DNA of 64,000 nucleotides, taken from Tissierellaceae bacterium. GTDB lineage: Bacteria; Bacillota; Clostridia; Tissierellales; Tissierellaceae. The translations under genes were made by a program, and so were the position numbers. Shown piece by piece: positions 40,064-48,935 of this stretch (positions are counted from its first letter, which is position 1; every line of letters begins with the position of its first letter). The notes below the pieces were generated by a model. That model was not told the DNA's origin. It ran no database searches and worked only from the letters and a program-made list of their open reading frames with translations. The stretch is from the NCBI GenBank assembly GCA_031460505.1, contig JAVKTT010000004.1, positions 118,197 through 182,196 on the forward strand, written 5' to 3'.

Positions 40064-40091
40064 AAAAAAAGATACTCAAAATTTGAGTACC
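40064..40091 (-). terminator. Terminator after glsA
   Basis: Minus strand: ggtactcaaa / tttgagtatc followed by TTTTTTT. Confidence 0.65.
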
Positions 40092-40095
40092 TTTA

Positions 40096-41010
40096 TTAAA
40101 ACATATTAAGATTATATTCTTTTGCCAACGACTTGATCATACCCTGTCCGGCACTAGAATTTCCATTATAATCTAGTGTTGGTCCAAATGTACCTATACC
40201 TAATTTATTAGGTACTGCAGCCATAATTCCTCCGCCTACTCCTGATTTTGATGGAACTCCAACTTCTACTGCATATTGTCCGCTATAGTTATACATTCCT
40301 GATGTGGCCATTATGCCTAATAAGATAGATCTTAGTTTTTCTGGTGTTGCTTTACCGTAAGATTCAAGACCTATGCAACCACTTGCTAAAAATGCCCCTA
40401 TATTAGCTAAATCTATAGCTGTTACTTCTATAGAGCATTGCTTGAAATAACTATCTAGGATATCTTCTACATCACCTATTAGCATTCCCCTGGCTTTCAT
40501 AATATTTGCTAAAGCACGGTTCTTATCTCCAGTTTCTTTTTCTGAAAGATAGACTTCTTCATTATAAGTAATATCAGGATTATTAGCCATAGTTCTTGTA
40601 AGTTCTAGTATTCTTTGGAACTTTTCATCCTTGTTTCCATTAACTAATGAGGTAGTAAGTATTGCCCCTGCATTTATCATTGGATTAGCAGGCTTTGTTA
40701 TATGAGGTAGGTCAAGTTTATATAGGGTGTTAAAAGGTTCATCTGTACCTTCATAGCCTACTCTTTCAAACACGTAGTCTTGACCATTATCCATTACTGC
40801 TAGGGCTAAAGATATTACCTTTGAAATACTCTGAAGCGTAAATTTAGTATCATAATTACCAGCCTTATAGATATTACCATCTAAATCTACTACACATATT
40901 CCTATATGATTTTGATTTACTTTTGCTAATGCTGGTATATAATCAGCTACATTGCCTTTTTCTGTAAGAAGTCTGTTTTCTTCAACTATTTTTTGCAATA
41001 AATTTTCCAT
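40096..41010 (-). CDS. glsA: Glutaminase A
   Basis: 304 aa with YIPALA, LQSISKV (serine-lysine catalytic motif) and SGVGGG motifs. Confidence 0.85.
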   Translation of the reverse strand: MENLLQKIVEENRLLTEKGNVADYIPALAKVNQNHIGICVVDLDGNIYKAGNYDTKFTLQSISKVISLALAVMDNGQDYVFERVGYEGTDEPFNTLYKLDLPHITKPANPMINAGAILTTSLVNGNKDEKFQRILELTRTMANNPDITYNEEVYLSEKETGDKNRALANIMKARGMLIGDVEDILDSYFKQCSIEVTAIDLANIGAFLASGCIGLESYGKATPEKLRSILLGIMATSGMYNYSGQYAVEVGVPSKSGVGGGIMAAVPNKLGIGTFGPTLDYNGNSSAGQGMIKSLAKEYNLNMF

Positions 41011-41024
41011 TGATTTACCCCCTA

Positions 41025-41993
41025 TTACTCAAATAAATCCTTCTCTATTTGCAAATACTCTTTATTTGGCTTTGATTCAAAAGATTTACCATTTAAATAA
41101 GTTAAATTGTCATTGAGTCCGTAAAACTCAACTTTATATCCATGTAGCCATTGATTGTCTAAGCCATATTCTTCTCTAAATCTATTGTTGATACTTTTAT
41201 CCCCGTACTTTCTATCGCCTATGATTGGATATCCCAATGATGAAAGATGTCCTCTTATTTGATGTGTTCTCCCTGTTATAAGCTCAATTTCTAGTAAAGT
41301 GTATCCATTAGAATATTTAAGAGGTTTGATATTTGTAATAATCTTCTTTGAACCATCTACATCTTCATCTCTTACTTCTACCATGTTTTTATCTTCATCT
41401 TTTGATAAATATGCTTCTGCTTTTATTTCTTTTTCTACCTTACCTTTAACTATGGTTTTATAGAACTTCCTGATATGAGTGTTTTTTATTGCTTCATTAA
41501 CTTCTTTTAGACTATCATAATTTTTAGCTCCAATTATTAAACCAGAGGTGTTTCTATCAAGTCTATTACATATTGATGGTGTGAAGGTCTTTTCAATCCT
41601 AGGTACATAATCTCCCTTTTCGATAAGATAATTTATCATACTATCTACTATGTTTTCTTCAAAGGGGCCACCTGCTCCATGGGATAATATGCCTACATCC
41701 TTGTTTATCAATAATATATTATCATCTTCATAGACAATACTTGGCATAAGCTTGGATTTCACTTGTTTCTTTTCTACAACAAACTTTTCTATGGTCTCAT
41801 CTGATAAATATAGTTTTACACTATCGCCTTCGTAAATTATAGTTTCAGGACTTGCCTTTTTATCATTGACCTTGACATTTTTCTTTCTTATCATCTTAAA
41901 TATAAAACTTCTTGGAGCCTTTTCAAGATATTTTTGTAAAAATCTATCCAATCTCTGTTCGTTTTCATTTTTATGGATAATAATTTCTTTCAA
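41025..41993 (-). CDS. RluA family pseudouridine synthase with an S4 domain
   Basis: RLDRNTSGLII catalytic Asp motif and TGRTHQIRGHL. TTG start. Confidence 0.85.
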   Translation of the reverse strand: MKEIIIHKNENEQRLDRFLQKYLEKAPRSFIFKMIRKKNVKVNDKKASPETIIYEGDSVKLYLSDETIEKFVVEKKQVKSKLMPSIVYEDDNILLINKDVGILSHGAGGPFEENIVDSMINYLIEKGDYVPRIEKTFTPSICNRLDRNTSGLIIGAKNYDSLKEVNEAIKNTHIRKFYKTIVKGKVEKEIKAEAYLSKDEDKNMVEVRDEDVDGSKKIITNIKPLKYSNGYTLLEIELITGRTHQIRGHLSSLGYPIIGDRKYGDKSINNRFREEYGLDNQWLHGYKVEFYGLNDNLTYLNGKSFESKPNKEYLQIEKDLFE

Positions 41994-42074
41994 TTTTTAT
42001 CACCTTTTCTATATACATATGGTATAATTATAATATAATTCTTGACAAAATGATACTTTAACTACATAAATGAG

Positions 42075-42596
42075 GTGGAGTTTGTGAAAACTTTTATTGA
42101 AAAACTTAAAGACTTTCTCTATGATTCTATAGACTATTTAATTATTATTGCTATTATAATTGGTGTTGTTTCCGTAATTGGTTGGAGATTAGACGTATTA
42201 TTTGCGAAAGACAATTTGGAAACTACTACACCACCAATTATAGTAGATAATGGTACTGATGATAAAGATAATAGCGATGATTTCGTAGACGCAGATCCTG
42301 ATTTACCACCAACAGATGATGAAGAACCAACTAGTGACCCTGATATTGTGGATAGTCCAGATCAGGAGGAGCCTACTCAAGCACCTACAACAGTGACTAT
42401 AACTATACCTGATGGTACTTTGCCTTCTGGCATAGGAGCTATACTTGAATCTAATGGCTTAGTTAACAGTAAAAATGATTTTGTTTTAAAAGCCCAAGAC
42501 ATGGGTCTTGATAGAAAGCTTAGATCAGGTACATTTAAGATACTTAGCAATAGTTCTCTTGAAGAAATCATAAAAATAATAGCAAAGCAAATCTAA
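42075..42596 (+). CDS. Membrane-anchored protein with a Pro/Asp-rich linker and a MltG/YceG-N-terminal-like domain
   Basis: TM segment, an acidic low-complexity linker, then IPDGTLPSGIGAILESNGLV...RSGTFKI, which resembles the N-terminal domain of MltG. The true start may be the GTG at 42084. Confidence 0.4.
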   Translation: MEFVKTFIEKLKDFLYDSIDYLIIIAIIIGVVSVIGWRLDVLFAKDNLETTTPPIIVDNGTDDKDNSDDFVDADPDLPPTDDEEPTSDPDIVDSPDQEEPTQAPTTVTITIPDGTLPSGIGAILESNGLVNSKNDFVLKAQDMGLDRKLRSGTFKILSNSSLEEIIKIIAKQI

Positions 42597-42607
42597 TTTG
42601 CAGCATT

Positions 42608-42637
42608 AAAGCGATGGTAAAAACCATCGCTTTTAGT
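42608..42637 (+). terminator. Terminator after 42075-42596
   Basis: aaagcgatggt / accatcgcttt stem followed by T. Confidence 0.6.
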
Positions 42638-42739
42638 ATGTCACTTTTACATATTTAATAATATTTTCTTAACACTTTTCAGCAATTCATCATATATTAA
42701 TATGAGATAAGTTTCTCAAATTAACAAGGAGGTGCTAAT

Positions 42740-42865
42740 ATGGCTGATGTATTAGGTGGTAGAAATAGAGGTTGTAATTGTGACAGTTCTTTACTATTTT
42801 TCTTCTTGCTATTAGCAATTATTTTCTGTGGTGATGACTTCTTAGGTTTTGGAGGAAGACGTTAG
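42740..42865 (+). CDS. Unannotated 41-aa small membrane protein (YjcZ/tiny-TM-like)
   Basis: Below the track's size cut-off. SD AAGGAGGTG lies 6 nt before the ATG. Sequence MADVLGGRNRGCNCDSSLLFFFLLLAIIFCGDDFLGFGGRR. A strong terminator follows. Confidence 0.45.
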   Translation: MADVLGGRNRGCNCDSSLLFFFLLLAIIFCGDDFLGFGGRR

Positions 42866-42877
42866 TAGAGATTAATT

Positions 42878-42903
42878 AATCGGGGATTATCCCCGATTTT
42901 TTT
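42878..42903. terminator. Bidirectional terminator
   Basis: aatcgggg-attat-ccccgatt followed by TTTTTT. Lies between convergent genes. Confidence 0.7.
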
Positions 42904-43462
42904 AATATGTCTCATTTATATAACCATCAATCAAGGAAACCTTCTTTTCCTCTATAAATACCTTCTCTTCTCTTAATATATCTAATAACCATAAAGCTTT
43001 AGAATGAAAAATTGCCTCTTTATAATCTAATAATACTATTTCATAGAGTTTACCTCTTAAAAATTTGGACTCCATCTTTACAAAATATGCTTCAACACCT
43101 TTAAATTCTAAGAGTTTAAGAATTGCTAAAGCAGCTTTATCCTTTTCATGATAATAATTATTGCCTTTATTTAAGTAGTATGTAAAATACTTTTGATGCT
43201 TTTTTGTATTTTTAATTTCCTTTGCTAGCATCGTATAATATTTGGCTAATACATTATAATATTGATAATTAAACATTCCTTTTTCATATGAATCCACCCT
43301 TAGAAAAGGCTTTAAATTAGATTTTCTAACTAACTCAAAATTTTGTTCCAAAAACTCTCTTTTAGAAAGGTCTCCATTTCCAAATTGTAATATTAATGAA
43401 GATCTATTGTCAAAGAAACGTTCAAATACACTTTTCCTACTATACATATTCAATATATACAC
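42902..43462 (-). CDS. Hypothetical helical protein
   Basis: 186-aa ORF. No family recognised. Start ambiguous (GTG/TTG/ATG within the first 6 codons). Confidence 0.35.
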   Translation of the reverse strand: MYILNMYSRKSVFERFFDNRSSLILQFGNGDLSKREFLEQNFELVRKSNLKPFLRVDSYEKGMFNYQYYNVLAKYYTMLAKEIKNTKKHQKYFTYYLNKGNNYYHEKDKAALAILKLLEFKGVEAYFVKMESKFLRGKLYEIVLLDYKEAIFHSKALWLLDILREEKVFIEEKKVSLIDGYINETY

Positions 43463-43498
43463 CCATTCTAATACTATTTTATACCATTATATCATATA

Positions 43499-44221
43499 TC
43501 AGCACTGTTTTAGTAGATTTATTTCGTCTTCTGTTAGTTCCCTATATTCTCCAGGCTCTAATTCAGAATCTAGGTTTAGTGGTCCCATGGAAATTCTCTT
43601 TAAATAAGTAACCTTCATAGATATACTTTCGAACATTCTTTTAACTTGGTGATATTTGCCTTCTTGGATAGTTAAATTTACCTTTGAAATTACATCTGAT
43701 TTAATTATCTCTAAATCTGCTGGCAGTGTTTTATATCCATCATCTAAGATTATACCACTTTTAAACTGTTCTTTATAACTTTCATCTACATAACCATCAA
43801 CTTCTACATAATATACTTTATTTACTCCCTTTTTAGGCGAAAGAAGTTGGTGTGCTAATTGACCATCATTTGTTATTAATAATAATCCTTCCGTATCCTT
43901 ATCTAATCTTCCTGCTGGAAATGGTTCATATATTAGATATTCAGGAGAAAGTAAATCTATTACAGTTTTTGTTAGTGGATCGTCTGTAGATGAAACAAGT
44001 CCATCGAGTTTATTCATCATTAAATATATAAACTCTCTATAATTTACGACTTCATCTTTAAAGTGAATAGTGTCTTTATATGGATCTAACTTAATAGTAT
44101 TATCTGTAACAATATTTCCATTAATTTTAACAAAACCTTTTTTTATAAATGATTTTACATCTTTTCTACTTCCATATCCCATATTTGATAAAACTTTATC
44201 TAATCTTTCTAATTTTGCCAT
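43499..44221 (-). CDS. RsuA/RluB family pseudouridine synthase with an S4 domain
   Basis: N-terminal S4 (RLDKVLSNMGYGSRKD), catalytic GRLDKDTEGLLLITNDG, and KYHQVKRM. Confidence 0.8.
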   Translation of the reverse strand: MAKLERLDKVLSNMGYGSRKDVKSFIKKGFVKINGNIVTDNTIKLDPYKDTIHFKDEVVNYREFIYLMMNKLDGLVSSTDDPLTKTVIDLLSPEYLIYEPFPAGRLDKDTEGLLLITNDGQLAHQLLSPKKGVNKVYYVEVDGYVDESYKEQFKSGIILDDGYKTLPADLEIIKSDVISKVNLTIQEGKYHQVKRMFESISMKVTYLKRISMGPLNLDSELEPGEYRELTEDEINLLKQC

Positions 44222-44325
44222 TTAATCACCTGTTTATAAAATTTTTGTATTGCATATTTATTAACTAAGTGCAGAAACTAAAATTGTCTATAAATTTCAT
44301 TAAATTATTGAAAGGAGACTTAACC

Positions 44326-44496
44326 ATGCACAATGAAAAAATTACTGAAGGTGTAACATGTGTAGTTAATAGTTGCCACTACTATAAAGATGGAGACCTT
44401 TGTACAGCAGGTCAAATTGAAATAAAACCTAAAAATGCAAAAACTGTTGATGAAACAGATTGTGGTACATTTCAACGTGATAGTGGATTAAAATAA
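44326..44496 (+). CDS. DUF1540 domain protein
   Basis: VTCVVNSCHYYKDGDLCTAGQIEI matches the DUF1540 Cys pattern. ATG follows AAAGGAGA. Confidence 0.6.
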   Translation: MHNEKITEGVTCVVNSCHYYKDGDLCTAGQIEIKPKNAKTVDETDCGTFQRDSGLK

Positions 44497-44501
44497 GAAT
44501 T

Positions 44502-44532
44502 TAGCTATTGGCTTAATGCCAGTAGCTTTTTT
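44502..44532 (+). terminator. Terminator after the DUF1540 gene
   Basis: agctattggc / gccagtagct stem followed by TTTTTT. Confidence 0.7.
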
Positions 44533-44703
44533 CTTTACAAAACTTTCCAATAATATACTATAATATACTTAAGTTTTAATTATTGTATCTTCTTTTTTAA
44601 ATTAATATGCTGTTTCCTATTTTACATTATTGGGTAAAAAATTACCAATGATTTTATGATATATAATATTCAAATATTAACTACATAAAGAGGGTGATAT
44701 AAC

Positions 44704-46197
44704 TTGGGTTTATTACTAAACAAATTTAAAGAAGTTTCTGTATCAGTCTTAACTATTGTTTTAATTGTAGTTGTATTGAGCTTTACCCTTGTACCTTTGG
44801 AGACCGAAATGTTTATTAGATTTATGATAGGTGCTATTTTGGTGATTATTGGTTTAGGTATATTTTTATTTGGAGCTGATATAGGTATTGGACCTATTGG
44901 TAATCTTATGGGTGAAACTATTGCTAGAACAAACAAGTCATACTTAGTAGGTATCTTAGGATTTATCTTAGGTTTTCTAATAACTGTAGCTGAGCCTGAT
45001 TTACAAATACTTGCAAATCAGGTTAATAATGCTACTGGTGGAATAGTATCTGCTTCTTTAATTTTAATTTCAGTATCGATTGGTGTAGGCATCATGGTTG
45101 CTATTGGTTTACTTAGAATTTTATATGAAAGACCTCTAAATAAATTGTTTACAATTGTTTATTTTATAGTTTTTATATTAAGCTTTTGGGTTTCTGAAGA
45201 ATTCTTAGCAATATCAGTTGATGCTTCTGGAGCAACGACTGGTGCTATGACTACGCCGTTTATATTAGCATTAGGATTAGGTGTATCCCAACTAAAAGGA
45301 GGTAAAACTTCAGAAGAGGATAGCTTCGGGTTAGTAGGAATCGCTTCTACTGGACCAATTCTTGCGGTTATGATACTAAATATTCTGGCTGGTTTAGATA
45401 ATATACAAGGTGAAGCAGAAGTATTTAAAGCTCATAGTGGTATATGGGGACCATTTATAAATGATTTACCAGTATTAATGAAGGAATCAATAGTTACACT
45501 ACTACCATTATTTATATTATTTCTTATTTTTAACAGCGTAAAATTTAAATTGACTATAAAACATAGAAATAAAATTTTAAAGGGTCTTGTTTATACCTAT
45601 ATTGGTTTAACATTGTTTTTACTGGGTGTCAATGCAGGTTTTATGGAAGTTGGCAGAGTTATGGGCTATGGTATAGCAAGTCTAGATTCTGCATGGATTC
45701 TTCCTTTGGTTGGTTTTCTTTTAGGTATGGTGGTTGTTCTTGCTGAGCCAGCTGTATATGTACTTACTGAACAGGTAGAAGAAGTTACAGCAGGGCATAT
45801 TAGGAAAAAAGTTATATTAGCAGCATTATCTATTGGAATAGCTTTTGCAGTATCCTCCTCCATGCTAAGAATTATGATACCTAGTCTAAAATTGTGGCAT
45901 TTCCTATTACCCGGATTTGCTTTAGCAGCATTTTTAAGTTATAGAGTACCCCCTATTTTCGTAGGAATTGCTTATGACTCAGGAGGTGTTGCATCTGGTC
46001 CAATGACTGCTACATTTATTTTAGCATTTGCACAAGGTGCAGCAAATGCAATACCAACTGCAAATGTATTAGTTGATGGTTTTGGGGTTATTGCAATGGT
46101 TGCTATGACTCCGTTAGTAGCCATTCAAATCCTTGGTCTTATGTTTAAAATAAAGGAAAACAAAGGAGGTGCCAAACTAGATGGTCCTAAAGGATAA
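44704..46197 (+). CDS. DUF1538 family polytopic membrane protein
   Basis: 497 aa with two homologous halves carrying AEPDLQIL / AEPAVYVL and ATTGAMTTPF / VASGPMTATF motifs. TTG start after AGAGGGTGA. Confidence 0.6.
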   Translation: MGLLLNKFKEVSVSVLTIVLIVVVLSFTLVPLETEMFIRFMIGAILVIIGLGIFLFGADIGIGPIGNLMGETIARTNKSYLVGILGFILGFLITVAEPDLQILANQVNNATGGIVSASLILISVSIGVGIMVAIGLLRILYERPLNKLFTIVYFIVFILSFWVSEEFLAISVDASGATTGAMTTPFILALGLGVSQLKGGKTSEEDSFGLVGIASTGPILAVMILNILAGLDNIQGEAEVFKAHSGIWGPFINDLPVLMKESIVTLLPLFILFLIFNSVKFKLTIKHRNKILKGLVYTYIGLTLFLLGVNAGFMEVGRVMGYGIASLDSAWILPLVGFLLGMVVVLAEPAVYVLTEQVEEVTAGHIRKKVILAALSIGIAFAVSSSMLRIMIPSLKLWHFLLPGFALAAFLSYRVPPIFVGIAYDSGGVASGPMTATFILAFAQGAANAIPTANVLVDGFGVIAMVAMTPLVAIQILGLMFKIKENKGGAKLDGPKG

Positions 46198-46846
46198 TAA
46201 ATACTTATTATTTTGTACTATTGTCGATTTTGGTATGGGAAGTAAAATGGTCAAAGAAGCTAAACATCTAGGTGCTAAAGGTGCTACATTGTTTCTAGGA
46301 AGGGGTACTGTAAATAGTAGTTTACTACATTTCCTGGGTTTACACGAAATTAGAAAAGAGATTCTTATGATTATAATTGAAGAAGAATTAGAAGATATTA
46401 TTTATGACGGTTTAAATAATAAGTTTTCATTAGATAAACCTCATCATGGCATAGCCTTTTCTATGCCCCTAAAAAATTGTATAGCTTATAAGTTCACAAA
46501 ATGTATAGAAAATCCTGAAACGCGAGGTGTGGAAAATATGAAACACGATGCAATATTTACTATAGTAGATAAAGGACTATCAGATGAAGTAATAGATGCT
46601 GCAAAATCAGCAGGTGCCACTGGAGGCACAGTGATTCACGGAAGAGGATCTGGATCTGCAGAAAAAGCACTGTTGTTCAACTTTGAAATTGAGCCTGAAA
46701 AGGATATTATACTTATACTCTCTAATTCTGAAAAGACAGATATGATAATTGATTCTATAAGCGAGAAGCTTAAGATCGATGAACCAGGTAAAGGTATAAT
46801 TTTTACAATGGAGGTAACTAGAACTTTAGGTTTATTTAAAGAATAA
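46181..46846 (+). CDS. Tandem P-II-like (GlnB-fold) domain protein
   Basis: Two repeats of the pattern ...IVD.G....V..AAK.AGA.GGT...GRG...., for example AIFTIVDKGLSDEVIDAAKSAGATGGTVIHGRGSG. Overlaps the DUF1538 gene by 17 nt. Confidence 0.55.
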   Translation: MVLKDNKYLLFCTIVDFGMGSKMVKEAKHLGAKGATLFLGRGTVNSSLLHFLGLHEIRKEILMIIIEEELEDIIYDGLNNKFSLDKPHHGIAFSMPLKNCIAYKFTKCIENPETRGVENMKHDAIFTIVDKGLSDEVIDAAKSAGATGGTVIHGRGSGSAEKALLFNFEIEPEKDIILILSNSEKTDMIIDSISEKLKIDEPGKGIIFTMEVTRTLGLFKE

Positions 46847-46848
46847 AT

Positions 46849-46881
46849 AAAACCCTTGTAGAATTTTCTACAAGGGTTTTT
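46849..46881. terminator. Bidirectional terminator
   Basis: aaaacccttgtag / ctacaagggtttt perfect 13-bp stem with A/T runs on both sides. Confidence 0.75.
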
Positions 46882-46897
46882 AATGGGGTTTTCGTTT

Positions 46898-47320
46898 TTA
46901 TATTTCTAATTCTATGCAATGTTCTTTTAACTCTTCTGGCATATCTTTTAATCTATAGTTAACATTTATAAAGAATTCTGTATTATATTTTTCTTGGATA
47001 AATGTAAGTTTATCTAATATGTTCTTAAGGTCATCTATACTTAAGTTTATTACTTTATAGATAGAATCAACATATACTTTCTCTAAATCATAATCCATGC
47101 CAATAATTCCACACAAAAAGCCATAGAAAGATTCAACATTATCCACATTGAATTCCATGGCATTTATAAGTCTAACATTATAATTTAATGTAAAAATATG
47201 ATCATCATCTACATCAATAAAAGCAATATTTCCGTTTCCTTCCTTCAGATCCTTATTGGCATTATCGATTAACCATTTAGTTTTGCCTGCACCCTTTTCA
47301 CCTAAAATAAATTTAACCAT
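46898..47320 (-). CDS. Mini P-loop NTPase-like protein (140 aa)
   Basis: Walker A GEKGAGKT at residues 7-14 and a Walker-B-like IAFIDVDDD. No family name recognised. Confidence 0.4.
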   Translation of the reverse strand: MVKFILGEKGAGKTKWLIDNANKDLKEGNGNIAFIDVDDDHIFTLNYNVRLINAMEFNVDNVESFYGFLCGIIGMDYDLEKVYVDSIYKVINLSIDDLKNILDKLTFIQEKYNTEFFINVNYRLKDMPEELKEHCIELEI

Positions 47321-47364
47321 TTGAAACCCCTACCTTTCTTTTTTAATTGGTAATTGTTTTTATA

Positions 47365-48321
47365 TTAAATATTTAGATCCTTTAATGCTTTACCATTTAA
47401 ATAATCGAATTTAATACCTTGATAAGTCTTTTTCTCTTCCATTTGGCTAACAATCTCATCTCTTATTTTCCACCATGATTCTTTCCAATTTACGAATAAA
47501 GTATTCTCTTCTGGTGCTCTGCCTATTACTCTTTGGATAACAATTTCAGGGTTTAAATGTTCCAAAAAGGTTATTACCCTTTCTATGTATTCATCCTTGG
47601 AAATCATAGTAATTTGACTGTTCTTATATTCTTCTGCTAAGACTGTACCTTCAACTATATAGAGAGAATGTAGTTTGATTTCATCCACATTTAAAGCTGA
47701 TATAACTTTTGCATTTTCAACTACGTCTAGCATATCATCCCAGGGAAGATTAAGTATTAAATGAGCGCAAATTCTAAGACCATATCTCTTAATTCTAAGG
47801 GTTGCATCTATAAATTCAGCTAAAGAATGTCCCCTATTGATTTTTCTTAGACTATGATAATTGACTGTTTGCAATCCTAATTCTATGGTTATTTCTAAAC
47901 CATGTTGCTCTTTGATTTCATTTAAAAATATTAAATAATCATCATTAATGCAATCAGGTCTAGTAGAAATGGATATACCTACAATATCTTCTTGAATTGC
48001 TTCATTTACATATTCCTTAAACTTCTCTAATGGTAAATAAGTATTTGAAAAACTCTGGAAATATGCTATAAATTTATTTGCTTTATACCTTTTTTTAATA
48101 TAATCCATATTCTTTGATATTTGTTCTTTTACAGTTAATTTATTTGATAGATTTTCAAAAGAACCCCCTTCCTCTCCGCAAAATGTACAACCGCCTGTAC
48201 CTACACAGCCATCTCTATTTGGACAGGTTAGAGGTAAACTAATAGGTAATTTGTAAACCTTTTCCCCAAATTGAGTTTTTAGATGATCTGAATAAGTATT
48301 ATAAACATTAATCTGATTCAA
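47365..48321 (-). CDS. TIGR01212 (YhcC) family radical SAM protein
   Basis: CPNRDGCVGTGGCTFC cluster motif, ~318 aa, TTG start after AGGAG. Confidence 0.75.
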   Translation of the reverse strand: MNQINVYNTYSDHLKTQFGEKVYKLPISLPLTCPNRDGCVGTGGCTFCGEEGGSFENLSNKLTVKEQISKNMDYIKKRYKANKFIAYFQSFSNTYLPLEKFKEYVNEAIQEDIVGISISTRPDCINDDYLIFLNEIKEQHGLEITIELGLQTVNYHSLRKINRGHSLAEFIDATLRIKRYGLRICAHLILNLPWDDMLDVVENAKVISALNVDEIKLHSLYIVEGTVLAEEYKNSQITMISKDEYIERVITFLEHLNPEIVIQRVIGRAPEENTLFVNWKESWWKIRDEIVSQMEEKKTYQGIKFDYLNGKALKDLNI

Positions 48322-48458
48322 CTGCTCAACTCCTAACTAACAAAAAGCTCGTCCTTACAACTATACCCAATTTAATTTATTTATTAACAGGTAATTTTTA
48401 TTTTATTAAATTATAACATATACAAATGTACTTTGCATCATCGCAAAGTACATTGTAA

Positions 48459-48839
48459 TTATTCTTCGTCTTCGTATTCAAAGTCGTCCTCTTCAAAATC
48501 TTCATCTTCAATATCAAAGTCTTCAAAATCATCAGCAAATAACTCATAGTAAGCTTCAGCTACTAAGTCAAATTCTGCATCATCTTCAATTGGTGTAATT
48601 TCAAAACCTTCTTCATCTTCTGAATAAGTAAATAGAAGCACTTCTTCATCTTCAACTGCTAATAAAGCAATATATTCCTTATCTTCAACTTCGAATGTTC
48701 CAATAATACCACATTCTACTTCTGAACCATCATCTAAATTCAAAGTTATTAAATCCATATCACCATCATGATCGTGATCATGTCCACATCCACACTCATG
48801 ATCATGTTCGTGTTCTAATTCTAAGTTATCTTTATTCAT
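48459..48839 (-). CDS. DUF1292 family acidic protein with a His/Cys-rich N-terminus
   Basis: ITLNLDDGSEVECGIIGTFEVEDKEYIAL is the DUF1292 core. N-terminal HEHDHECGCGHDHDHD and a poly-acidic C-terminus. Confidence 0.6.
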   Translation of the reverse strand: MNKDNLELEHEHDHECGCGHDHDHDGDMDLITLNLDDGSEVECGIIGTFEVEDKEYIALLAVEDEEVLLFTYSEDEEGFEITPIEDDAEFDLVAEAYYELFADDFEDFDIEDEDFEEDDFEYEDEE

Positions 48840-48935
48840 ATCGTTATCCTCCTAACAATTATAATTCATATTTATAATATACTATTTTTACCTTAATGTA
48901 CATATCAAAAATCAAAAATTAAATTTATTATTTTT

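Noticed and set aside
16459-46881. Hairpins sharing the arm sequence aacccttgaaa (16459-16500, 29234-29266, 33653-33679), plus a looser aaaacccttgtag hairpin (46849-46881), considered as a dispersed repeat family.
   Set aside because: Only the ~11-nt stem is shared, and loops and flanks differ. All sit at 3' ends of genes with T-rich tails, so ordinary intrinsic terminators with convergent stem composition is the simpler reading.
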